DNA of 64,000 bases, from contig JBAXXL010000023.1 of assembly GCA_037127915.1 (NCBI GenBank), positions 319 through 64,318 on the forward strand. Direction: 5' to 3'. Under the pieces are notes generated by a model. The model saw nothing but the letters and a program-made list of their open reading frames with translations, was not told the origin of the DNA and did not search any database. Made by a program: the position numbers and the translations under genes. Each line of letters begins with the position of its first letter. Positions within the stretch are counted from its first letter, which is position 1. Positions 1-8,791 of this stretch are shown here, piece after piece. The DNA comes from a bacterium. GTDB lineage: Bacteria > Bacteroidota > Ignavibacteria > Kapaibacteriales > UBA2268.

Positions 1-6
1 TAGCTT

Positions 7-1215
7 ATGTTTCCGACTATAAATGAACAGATGGACATCATCCGCCAAGGAATAATGGAATTAATCCCTGAAGATGAATTGGTAAAAAAATTAGAATACT
101 CATTAAAGCATAATAAACCGCTGAATATTAAATTGGGCGCCGATCCTTCGCGTCCGGATTTGCATATCGGCCACGCGGTTGTATTACACAAAATGCGCCA
201 ATTTCAGGATTTGGGACACCACGCCATATTGATTATCGGTGATTTCACCGCTATGATAGGCGACCCTACCGGCAAATCGAAAACACGTCCGCAATTGACA
301 ATCGAAGATACCCGCATTAACGGACAGAGCTATTTGGAACAAGCTACGTTGATATTGTCTAAGGAACGTCTGTCGGTTCGCTATAATTCCGAATGGTTGG
401 GGAAACTTAATTTTAGCGATGTAATTCTCCTTGCGGCGAATTACACCGTTGCTCAGCTTTTGGAACGCGACGATTTCAGCAAACGCTTCAAAGCAGGTAC
501 TCCTATCAGCGTTCACGAATTAATGTATCCATTGGCGCAGGCTTATGATTCATTTGCAATTGATGCCGATGTGGAATTGGGCGGCACGGACCAGAAATTC
601 AATCTTCTTTGCGGCCGCGAAATCCAAAGAGCTTATGGCAAAAATCCGCAATGTATTCTGACTATGCCTATTTTGGAAGGTACAGACGGCGTTCAGAAGA
701 TGAGCAAGTCCTTGGATAATTACATTGCCCTGACCGATACACCACGCGATATATTCGGCAAGGTGATGAGCATTCCCGATGAACTGATTTCGCGTTATAT
801 GCGTTATGGTGCGTTTTTGAGCGACACTGATTGCAATGCAGTGGATGAGGGTTTAAAAGACGGCTCTATGCACCCAAGAACTGCTAAAGTGAATGCGGCG
901 ATGGCTATCGTAGCTTTGTATTATGGTCAGCAAGCCGGCAAAGATGCTTTGGAAGAATTTGAAAGAATTTTCAAGCAAAAAGATATTCCCGACGATGTAC
1001 CGGAAATGAATTTGGCTGTCGATACTATTTCATTGCTCGGCGCTATGTTGGCGACTGACACTGCCCCATCGAAAAACGAAGCCCGCAGATTGATTACTCA
1101 AGGCGGCGTATCGGTCGATTCCGTGAAAATAGACGACCCGTTTTTTGAAATAAAACTTGACGAAAAGCATTTACTTAAAGTAGGCAAACGCAAATTTGTG
1201 TACATTTTGAAGTAA
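7..1215 (+). CDS. tyrS: Tyrosyl-tRNA synthetase
   Basis: 402 aa. Class I aaRS HIGH motif (PDLHIGHAV) and KMSKS motif (KMSKSLDNY). C-terminal S4-like RNA-binding segment (EARRLITQGGVSVD). Size fits TyrRS. Confidence 0.85.
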   Translation: MFPTINEQMDIIRQGIMELIPEDELVKKLEYSLKHNKPLNIKLGADPSRPDLHIGHAVVLHKMRQFQDLGHHAILIIGDFTAMIGDPTGKSKTRPQLTIEDTRINGQSYLEQATLILSKERLSVRYNSEWLGKLNFSDVILLAANYTVAQLLERDDFSKRFKAGTPISVHELMYPLAQAYDSFAIDADVELGGTDQKFNLLCGREIQRAYGKNPQCILTMPILEGTDGVQKMSKSLDNYIALTDTPRDIFGKVMSIPDELISRYMRYGAFLSDTDCNAVDEGLKDGSMHPRTAKVNAAMAIVALYYGQQAGKDALEEFERIFKQKDIPDDVPEMNLAVDTISLLGAMLATDTAPSKNEARRLITQGGVSVDSVKIDDPFFEIKLDEKHLLKVGKRKFVYILK

Positions 1216-1250
1216 GAATATCACCGCGAAGACGCAAAGAAATTCTGTAG

Positions 1251-1276
1251 AGACGACCCACCGGGTCGTCTTTTTT
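1251..1276 (+). terminator. Rho-independent terminator of tyrS (AGACGACCC-acc-GGGTCGTCT plus T6), preceded by CTGTAG
   Basis: Perfect 9-bp stem followed by TTTTTT, 36 nt after the tyrS stop. Forms the 3' module of the family-A repeat (Z motif CACCGCGAAGACGC at 1222-1249). Confidence 0.7.
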
Positions 1277-1367
1277 GTAGGTCCGTGGCTACTCTAAAAG
1301 TTGGCAAATTAGCAATTAGGGTATTTATTCTCTTCACATTTATCATTTATCATTGATAATTAATAAT

Positions 1368-2537
1368 TTATTTTATTCTTTTCGTCAAAAACAGCATTGC
1401 TTTTGCGGCAGCATTTTTTAAACCCCAGATAAAATAATCACCGCCGTCGGAGATACCCATCTTTTTCTTCAGCAGTTCGGCAGTGAGCGGATAATTTCGC
1501 ACGGCAACGTTGGCTTTCATATTCGGTAGATATTTGATAATATCTTTTTTGTCAGGTTTAATATTAGCGATTATTTCAAAAATACGACCCGGAAATTCAT
1601 TCTTCAACACTTCGGATGTGTACAAATGCGTGCTTTGAGCAATTTCATCAATTTCCCATTTCGCGGTGTAAGCTCCAAAAAAACCAAGCTTCATTAACGA
1701 GCTATTCGGTTCATACAAATACAGCTGAGGAGTGCAGAATTTGGTAATTTTTGAGTTCTTAGTGAATTTGTGAGAAACTGTTTCACCCGCGATAATATTA
1801 CTTGCAATATATTCAATTTCACCACGATAATTTTTTTCTATTATTATCAGCAGTTCTTTACACTCGTTATTGACCGATACTATGTGAATGCTTTTTACCG
1901 AATCAAGCTCCGAAATAGCGGATTTAATATCAAGCATTGGGGATAGTTTTATCATCACGAAATTGGCTTTTTTTAGCATTAGGGGCATTAGATTAATTAC
2001 GTGCGGTGTCAAATCGCGAAGGAAATACATTTTTTGTCCAGTTTGGCTTCGGCGGGCAGGGTCAACATAAATAAAATCCACAGGAGTTTCGGAAGTTAAA
2101 AATTCTCGACAATCTTCGGCTATGAATTTTACATTATTAACATCCAGAACTTTAAAATTATTTTCTGCAATTTTACTAAGCTCCACGTTTTTTTCGATAT
2201 GGTAAAATCCCTTAGCAGTTTGAGCAAAGAAATATGTATCTACTCCCCAACCACCGGTCAAATCTGCGCCAATTTTACAATTCACCAAATCGGATTTATA
2301 TTTTGCGGTTAATTCTGAACTGGTTTGCTCCATTTGCAAAGGTTCCGGAAAAATTAAATCAAAATTGGAATAAAATGACGTTAGTTTGTTTTTCGCTTTT
2401 TGTCGCGAAATTATCTGATTAACCGCGAATTTAATATCAATATCTTTGTGTGTTTTCAAGAACAAATCCGCCGCAGAGCTGTGTATATTGCGCTTTATAA
2501 ACTCTTTTGTTAAATCATCCATTGTTCTTTCCGCCAA
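1368..2537 (-). CDS. Class I SAM-dependent methyltransferase (putative RNA methyltransferase)
   Basis: 389 aa. Motif I-like GADLTGGWGVD and post-I acidic residue (FIYVDPARR), typical of Rossmann-fold MTases. Confidence 0.55.
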   Translation of the reverse strand: MAERTMDDLTKEFIKRNIHSSAADLFLKTHKDIDIKFAVNQIISRQKAKNKLTSFYSNFDLIFPEPLQMEQTSSELTAKYKSDLVNCKIGADLTGGWGVDTYFFAQTAKGFYHIEKNVELSKIAENNFKVLDVNNVKFIAEDCREFLTSETPVDFIYVDPARRSQTGQKMYFLRDLTPHVINLMPLMLKKANFVMIKLSPMLDIKSAISELDSVKSIHIVSVNNECKELLIIIEKNYRGEIEYIASNIIAGETVSHKFTKNSKITKFCTPQLYLYEPNSSLMKLGFFGAYTAKWEIDEIAQSTHLYTSEVLKNEFPGRIFEIIANIKPDKKDIIKYLPNMKANVAVRNYPLTAELLKKKMGISDGGDYFIWGLKNAAAKAMLFLTKRIK

Positions 2538-2674
2538 ACTTTTTGTGAAATATTAAATTTATATTATTATATTTATGAAAAAAAATTTATTTTTGTCTAT
2601 ATATAATATGCAATATAGATAAATCGTTTATCAATTGACAAAAATAGTGTAAAAATAAATAGAATGAGGCTGAA

Positions 2675-3289
2675 ATGAAAAATCTTTTCTTAATCGCGTT
2701 AATGATAATATTAATTAGTCCGCTGATGAAATTAGCGGCTCAGGAAGAAATACCTGCCGATTCAACGGTTGCTGATACAACTGCTGGAGATACTTATGAA
2801 ATGGAAACTGCTCTTAAGTTTTGGCAACCAAAATATGAAGTTACAATAACCGGAGCAATTTTTGAAGACGTAGCACAAGCTATTAAAGAAATTGTTGAAG
2901 GTAATTCCTGCGCTGTAATTCAATTTACAATGAAGACTTCCGATGCCGGTTTGGGAAAAGCTGTTATTGAGTCTGACTTTTGTATAATTGCCATTGGTGA
3001 TTCATCTTATAAAATAGCATCACAATTCAGTTTGCTAAAAGGTCAAGAAACTATGGGCCATATTACAATGCCTTTTATTCCCGGTGGCAATTGGAAAAAT
3101 ATGCGTATAAAATATAAGCTTATCATTAAAGAAAATGAAGATGAGACCATCGGTGTGATGATGAAGCTTTGTGAAATAAGTGGTGAAGAATCTTATGTAA
3201 CACGTAAGTTCTATTTTTGGGAATCAAATGGCGTTTTGGAAACTGCATTTATGAATAAAATCAAAGCTAAGTTTCCTCCGAAAGAATAA
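2675..3289 (+). CDS. Secreted hypothetical protein (signal peptide)
   Basis: 204 aa. N-terminal hydrophobic signal ending AAQ. No recognisable catalytic motif. 12 nt upstream of the HD-domain gene, so probably co-transcribed. Confidence 0.5.
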   Translation: MKNLFLIALMIILISPLMKLAAQEEIPADSTVADTTAGDTYEMETALKFWQPKYEVTITGAIFEDVAQAIKEIVEGNSCAVIQFTMKTSDAGLGKAVIESDFCIIAIGDSSYKIASQFSLLKGQETMGHITMPFIPGGNWKNMRIKYKLIIKENEDETIGVMMKLCEISGEESYVTRKFYFWESNGVLETAFMNKIKAKFPPKE

Positions 3290-3300
3290 ATTGGAATAAA

Positions 3301-4509
3301 ATGAGTGTAAGCATTTCTTTATTGACAGAGTTAAACAAAGGATTTCATATCCAACGCTGGAACGAGCGGATTCGTCCTATGGACCTTATCGAAATAGATA
3401 AGCACGCCCATAAGATGATGATTGCTTATTGCTTGGGTAAATACGAAGAAGATAAGGGCAACGTTATTGATTGGCATTATATGATTCGTGACGGTATCTG
3501 TGAGCTACTTCGTAGAATTATTATTTCCGATATTAAATCACCTATCTACAATAAAATCAAAGAGCGGGCTGATGTGTTTATGGCTTTGAACAAATTTGTT
3601 TTCGACAAATTAGAGCCAAAATTTTCTAATAATACTTTGAAAGAAGAACTTCGTGAATTCCTTTTGGAACCTGTTGATAGAACAACACTCACTATGCGTG
3701 TAATTGACGCCGCTCATATTTATGCAAGCTATTGGGAATTCCAAATAATAAAACATTCCAATCCGTTTGGCTACGAGAATACTAAAATCCAAACTGAAAT
3801 GCTGAATAAATTAAACGATTATCGCGATATAGAAGGATTGGATAAATTAATAAATAAGCATACTGTATCTAACTTTGTTGATAAATGCGGACAATTACGT
3901 TTTCAATATAGGTGGGCGCAAATTTCGCGCATTACCAAAACTTCTGTCTTAGGTCATGGAATGATTGTAGCATTACTGAGCTATTTGTTTGTACGCGAAA
4001 ATGACGCTTGCGATAAACGTATTTATAATGCGTTCTTCGGCGGATTATTCCACGATTTACCTGAAATAGTTACACGTGATATCATTTCTCCGGTAAAACG
4101 AAGTTCTACAGAGTTGGATAATCTGATAAAAGAATTGGAAGAAGAGCTGACGGAAAAAGAAATTATGCCGCTGATAGAAAACTCCTGGCATAAGGAAATG
4201 AAGTATTTCATTTATGATGAATTTTCAAACAAAATCATAAAAGATGGCGAAGTCGTTACCGAAATAAGTACCGACGAAATCAACGAAAAGTATAATACAA
4301 ATGAATTTTGTGCTTATGACGGTGCCTTAATACGCGCCGCGGATTTGCTTTCAGCATTTATGGAAGCTTGGTATTCGATAGAAACAGGAATCAAGAATGT
4401 GGATATGCGCAATGCCGCAACAAAAATAAAAGAAACCTATACCACAAAATTAAAACACATTGGCAAGGTAAATCTGAACGAAATATATGATAACTTTGAA
4501 CTAAAATAA
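3301..4509 (+). CDS. HD-domain phosphohydrolase, YfbR-like (5'-deoxynucleotidase family) with a C-terminal extension
   Basis: 402 aa. HD motif FHDLPEIVTRDIISPVKR resembles YfbR HDASEVLTGDLPTPVKY. Upstream His (KHAHKMMIAY). Roughly twice the length of YfbR. Confidence 0.5.
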   Translation: MSVSISLLTELNKGFHIQRWNERIRPMDLIEIDKHAHKMMIAYCLGKYEEDKGNVIDWHYMIRDGICELLRRIIISDIKSPIYNKIKERADVFMALNKFVFDKLEPKFSNNTLKEELREFLLEPVDRTTLTMRVIDAAHIYASYWEFQIIKHSNPFGYENTKIQTEMLNKLNDYRDIEGLDKLINKHTVSNFVDKCGQLRFQYRWAQISRITKTSVLGHGMIVALLSYLFVRENDACDKRIYNAFFGGLFHDLPEIVTRDIISPVKRSSTELDNLIKELEEELTEKEIMPLIENSWHKEMKYFIYDEFSNKIIKDGEVVTEISTDEINEKYNTNEFCAYDGALIRAADLLSAFMEAWYSIETGIKNVDMRNAATKIKETYTTKLKHIGKVNLNEIYDNFELK

Positions 4510-4541
4510 ACACTATATATATAATAAATTATGGAGTATTT

Positions 4542-6476
4542 ATGAAAAAAGTACTGTTAATACTTACTTTATTTTTCATATCATTTATTGCAATAAATGC
4601 ACAAGATAAACACGTAAAATTAGAAGTATCGGCTGAAAAAACCGTTATCAAAAGCGGCGAAGAAACGAGACTTTTGGTTAATATGACGATTGACGAACAT
4701 TGGTACACTTATGCTATTAGCGCGCAATTGAACAAAGAAGGTATCGGTCCGCAAGCGACTGAATTTTCGATTAAACCAGACGGCGCCTTCGACAAAATAT
4801 CAAAAATCTACGCTCAGAAACCTAAATCCAAAAAAGATGAAGGTTTCCAAATGGATATACTGCATTATAAAGGAAAAGCGTATTTCATTATCAAAGTTAA
4901 AGCTCTGAAAGATATTGATTTCGGCAAAGACAAAATTGATTTGGTTGCATATTTACAACAATGTGACCCAACAAAATGCTTACCTGGTGAAGAATTCACA
5001 GCTACAATATCGAAACAACCTGCAACAATAAGCGATGATCTGCTGAAATCTGCAGTTGAATACGATATAACCTATGATGAATCGGGTTATCCGGTAGCAA
5101 CTTCAAAAACAGAAATCAAAACAGAAAAAGAAACCAAAACAAGTGAAAAAGCAGAAATAAAGGAAGAAAAAAGCGGCGGTTCTATTTGGAGTATGATAGC
5201 TCGCGCTTTAGTTAACGGTATTCTTTCTATATTTATGCCTTGTGTATTCCCGATGATTCCTATTACCGTTTCGTTCTTTACCAAGCGTTCGGAATCAGCT
5301 AAAGGTAAAGGTAGAGGAATGCGCGACGCCATCGCTTATGCATTGGGAATAGTTGGTTCGTTTACTATATTCGGATTACTTGTTTCCGGTATATTCGGTG
5401 CGGCAGGAATGCAGGATTTAGTATCGAGCCCTTGGTTTAACTTCTTTGTAGTTGGTATATTTTTATTCTTTGGATTATCCCTGCTTGGCGCTTATGAAAT
5501 TCAAGTACCAACGAAATTGACCAATAAAATAGACACCAAAAGCAGAAACACAAGCGGACTGACGAGCGTTTTCCTAATGAGTGCCACATTCGCATTAGCA
5601 TCATTTTCGTGTACAGGTCCTTTTATAGCGGATTCATTGGTTGCCGCCGCAAATGGAAGCTGGTTTTACCCAATGATTGCAATGATGTGTTTTTCAGCGG
5701 CTTTAGCATTCCCGTTTTTCTTCCTCGCGCTATTCCCTGCGGCATTAAACAAAATGCCAAGTGCCGGTGCTTGGATGAACAATATCAAAATCGTTTTGGG
5801 ATTTGTTGTTTTAGCTATTGCGACTAAATATTTAAATAACGCTTTGCAAGTTTGGGGAATGGATTTGTCGCGCGGATTCGTCCTTTCGATTTATTCCGCT
5901 TGCGCTTTATTAATCACATTGTACATACTCGGTGTATTCAAAACCAAAATGGATGCTCCTGTAGAACGCGTAGGCACGTTAAGATTATTATTCGCTGTAA
6001 CATTTGCTACAGTTACATTCTACATTTTCTCGGGTTTTTTCGGCGGTTCATTGGGCTTTTTAGAAGGTATGCTACCTGCACGCGTAATCACCGAAACAAC
6101 TACAGCCGGTGGCCAGAACGTTGTATGGCTACATAACTACGACGAAGCTATTGCAAAAGCTAAAGAAGAAGGTAAAAATGTATTTTTGGATTTTACAGGT
6201 ATGAATTGCACAAATTGCAAAAAAATGGATGGCGATATGTTCCCGCGTCCTGCTGTGCAGGAAGGTTTGAGCAAAATGGTAACTGTGAAATTATATACTG
6301 ACAAACGCAACGACCCTGAATCGGAGCGTTACAAAAAAATGCAGATTGATGTTTACGGTACTGTCGCTTTACCAACTTATATAATAATTACACCTGAAGG
6401 AAAAGAATTGGGCAGAATATCATATACAAACAGCGAAAGCGAATTCTTAGAATTTTTGGCTAAAGGTTCGAAATAG
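4542..6476 (+). CDS. dsbD: Thiol:disulfide interchange protein DsbD-like (N-terminal DsbD-alpha-like domain, CcdA-like TM core, C-terminal thioredoxin)
   Basis: 644 aa. Signal peptide, multi-TM central region with conserved Cys (FMPCVFPM; SFSCTGPF). C-terminal thioredoxin-like CxxC (GMNCTNCKKM). Confidence 0.7.
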   Translation: MKKVLLILTLFFISFIAINAQDKHVKLEVSAEKTVIKSGEETRLLVNMTIDEHWYTYAISAQLNKEGIGPQATEFSIKPDGAFDKISKIYAQKPKSKKDEGFQMDILHYKGKAYFIIKVKALKDIDFGKDKIDLVAYLQQCDPTKCLPGEEFTATISKQPATISDDLLKSAVEYDITYDESGYPVATSKTEIKTEKETKTSEKAEIKEEKSGGSIWSMIARALVNGILSIFMPCVFPMIPITVSFFTKRSESAKGKGRGMRDAIAYALGIVGSFTIFGLLVSGIFGAAGMQDLVSSPWFNFFVVGIFLFFGLSLLGAYEIQVPTKLTNKIDTKSRNTSGLTSVFLMSATFALASFSCTGPFIADSLVAAANGSWFYPMIAMMCFSAALAFPFFFLALFPAALNKMPSAGAWMNNIKIVLGFVVLAIATKYLNNALQVWGMDLSRGFVLSIYSACALLITLYILGVFKTKMDAPVERVGTLRLLFAVTFATVTFYIFSGFFGGSLGFLEGMLPARVITETTTAGGQNVVWLHNYDEAIAKAKEEGKNVFLDFTGMNCTNCKKMDGDMFPRPAVQEGLSKMVTVKLYTDKRNDPESERYKKMQIDVYGTVALPTYIIITPEGKELGRISYTNSESEFLEFLAKGSK

Positions 6477-6552
6477 TTATTTAACTTTACAATAATCTCC
6501 TAAAATATACTTCAAATATAATTTTAAATTGTATAATATAAAGAGTAATAAA

Positions 6553-6726
6553 ATGAGTAAAGAAAAAGTATTAGCCACATTAAAAAGCAACGGCGAACCA
6601 ATGAAAGCCGGCGAAATAGCAGAAGTTTCGGGTGTGGACAAAAAAGAAGTTGACAAAGCATTGAAAACATTGATGGCAGAAGATTTTGTTCAATCTCCAA
6701 AAAGATGTTTTTACGAAGCAAAATAA
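6553..6726 (+). CDS. Small winged-helix-like protein (57 aa), hypothetical
   Basis: Start adjusted to the in-frame ATG at 6553 (MSKEKVLATLK...). Followed by a bidirectional terminator. Confidence 0.35.
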   Translation: MSKEKVLATLKSNGEPMKAGEIAEVSGVDKKEVDKALKTLMAEDFVQSPKRCFYEAK

Positions 6727-6743
6727 TTATCATCAGTTAAACA

Positions 6744-6776
6744 AAAAGGCGGTTTTTTTTAACCGCCTTTATTTTA
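6744..6776. terminator. Bidirectional rho-independent terminator (AAAAGGCGGTT-tttttt-AACCGCCTTTT) between convergent genes
   Basis: Perfect 11-bp stem, T-runs on both strands. Lies between the stop of 6553..6726 (+) and the stop of 6780..7529 (-). Confidence 0.75.
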
Positions 6777-6779
6777 TTA

Positions 6780-7529
6780 TTAGTATCCGAAAAAAGTTGG
6801 ATATTCAGAATTCGGTATAATAGTAATGTTCCCATACGAATCTCGATGCGCTGAAAATTCCGGTTCCAATTTACCCAATTTTCTAATTTGAATTTTTGAC
6901 CAATCATCAGGCGGTACCATAACGTGGAAGCAAAATCGTATTTCGTATTTTGTACTAATTAATGTCCAATGTTCCACAATCATAATTTCGGGATAAGTCA
7001 TATAAATACGTGCAGGTGTGTCGAAAATAGACGCAAATTCAGGTTTTTCGGATTGAATCCAGTTTTTGAACAAATTTAGCTTTTCCAAGCAAGGCTCGTA
7101 GTTGGTATTTTGTAAGTCATAAACAGCCGCTTTAAACTGATACCTCTTCTCCGAATTTGCGTGAGAACAAACAAGATTGAATGTATATGCTTTGATTTCG
7201 ATAGCAGAACTTGGTTTAATGACAATTTCAGCAATGGTATCGTTCTTTGTCAATGTAGTTTTCATAAGTAAAGCATTTAACTTCGGGTCTGCTTCTAATT
7301 TAAGTTTAACCGTTCCTTCAAATCCCGCTGAAGGAGAAATTCTTACAACGTAAATACCGCCGCCGCCGGCATAAGTTCTAACAGAATCATATTTCGGAAT
7401 TATTTGATAATTACCTGCATCATTCGGATCCGGTTCGGTGCCCTTATCTCTGCAAGATGTAATTGATAATACAGTAATTGTGATAATGAACAACATTATT
7501 AAATTCAATTTTATATTTAATGTTTTCAT
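6780..7529 (-). CDS. Hypothetical lipoprotein
   Basis: 249 aa. Lipobox-like LSITSCRD after a hydrophobic N-terminus. Confidence 0.5.
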   Translation of the reverse strand: MKTLNIKLNLIMLFIITITVLSITSCRDKGTEPDPNDAGNYQIIPKYDSVRTYAGGGGIYVVRISPSAGFEGTVKLKLEADPKLNALLMKTTLTKNDTIAEIVIKPSSAIEIKAYTFNLVCSHANSEKRYQFKAAVYDLQNTNYEPCLEKLNLFKNWIQSEKPEFASIFDTPARIYMTYPEIMIVEHWTLISTKYEIRFCFHVMVPPDDWSKIQIRKLGKLEPEFSAHRDSYGNITIIPNSEYPTFFGY

Positions 7530-7568
7530 CTCATCACCTCATTTTATAGAATAATATTAAAAAAAAGC

Positions 7569-8447
7569 CTACCTAAGCACAACAAAACTTTTTACGATAT
7601 TCTTAGTTTCGTTAACTACAATACAATAATATAAACCTGCCGGTAATTCCGAAATATCAATCAATTTTGTACTTAAAGCTTTTACATCTGTACCTGAAAT
7701 TGACACACATTCGCCAATTGAATTGAATATGCGAATCTCAGAATCGTCGGTTGGTTTTCGGATTTCGATATAGTTATTCGCCGGATTGGGGTATATCAGA
7801 ATGGAGTTATTTTCTTCATCGTTGATTCCGTTCCCGCTTATAATCTCAGCATCTGCCCAAGTGGATGGTTTATTCATAGTTGCCGTCGCAGGGTAAAAAA
7901 CCCAAAAGGTCTGTGTATCGGTAACATCGAATGCTATACCGAAAATTTTATTTTGCTCAGGGTTTATTCCTAATTTCGTAAATGGGATGCTGATTTCCAC
8001 GGTATCATTAAAGTTTGCATCCATAAAGTTTTTCTCTGCTAACCAATCAGGTTGTACTAAAAGACAGTTCGTATAATCTTTTGGTTTCCCTTTCGAATTA
8101 CAGTCGGTGGCGGATACATGAAACCAATGATCTTCTGTATCCCAAGTTGTGGTTTTAGTATTATTAATATCAAACAATACTTCTGGAAAACGGAATTGGT
8201 ATTGAGCTATTTTCAGATTATCACAAAACGCAAACAATAAATTTGCACCATCATGTTTATAGAAGATTCTAACATAATAATTCCCACCGAGCAATAAATC
8301 AACACTATCCGCATCGGACCATTCTCCTTTAGAAAAACATCCATCGATAGTTACGGATTTTCCTTCATAAAAATTTATTTTCTCTAAAGCAGATAAATTG
8401 AATACCATAATAAAGAATATGATATTGGATATAACAAGTTTTCTCAT
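7569..8447 (-). CDS. Secreted protein with T9SS C-terminal sorting domain
   Basis: Start adjusted to MRKLV. C-terminus (IYPNPANNYIEI...LPAGLYYCIVV) fits the type-A T9SS sorting-domain pattern. Confidence 0.55.
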   Translation of the reverse strand: MRKLVISNIIFFIMVFNLSALEKINFYEGKSVTIDGCFSKGEWSDADSVDLLLGGNYYVRIFYKHDGANLLFAFCDNLKIAQYQFRFPEVLFDINNTKTTTWDTEDHWFHVSATDCNSKGKPKDYTNCLLVQPDWLAEKNFMDANFNDTVEISIPFTKLGINPEQNKIFGIAFDVTDTQTFWVFYPATATMNKPSTWADAEIISGNGINDEENNSILIYPNPANNYIEIRKPTDDSEIRIFNSIGECVSISGTDVKALSTKLIDISELPAGLYYCIVVNETKNIVKSFVVLR

Positions 8448-8791
8448 AATATTTACCTCAAAAAAAATCATTTAAAATCTCTTAATAATTTGCACATATA
8501 ACTAAAATCTTAGTTATATTATACATAAAATATCACAAGGTTACATTACATTATAAAAAAATAACCATTTTTTATTTTAATTTAACAAACAACGAAATAA
8601 TATCATTGAAGTAAGCAATCTGAATTTCTTACTAAATTTTTATAGTAATAACACAAAAATTATCAAAATGTTACAAATTAAAAAAATATTTTCAAATCTA
8701 ATAATAAATTTAGAAAAAAATTCTTAATTTTGAAACACTTATCTTACGAATAATTCTAGGATGATTAATTAAAATATTTATAGGAGATTCG

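Noticed and set aside
5087-6375. Internal and antisense ORFs within dsbD (5087..5332 -, 5609..5827 +, 5852..6136 +, 6193..6375 -)
   Set aside because: They are fully contained in the well-supported DsbD-like CDS and have low-complexity translations. Typical spurious overlapping ORFs.
8472-8791. 320-bp AT-rich divergent intergenic region as a possible mobile element or ncRNA
   Set aside because: No inverted or direct repeats and no similarity to the repeat families. Most simply a divergent promoter region for 7569..8447 (-) and the M16 peptidase gene (+).
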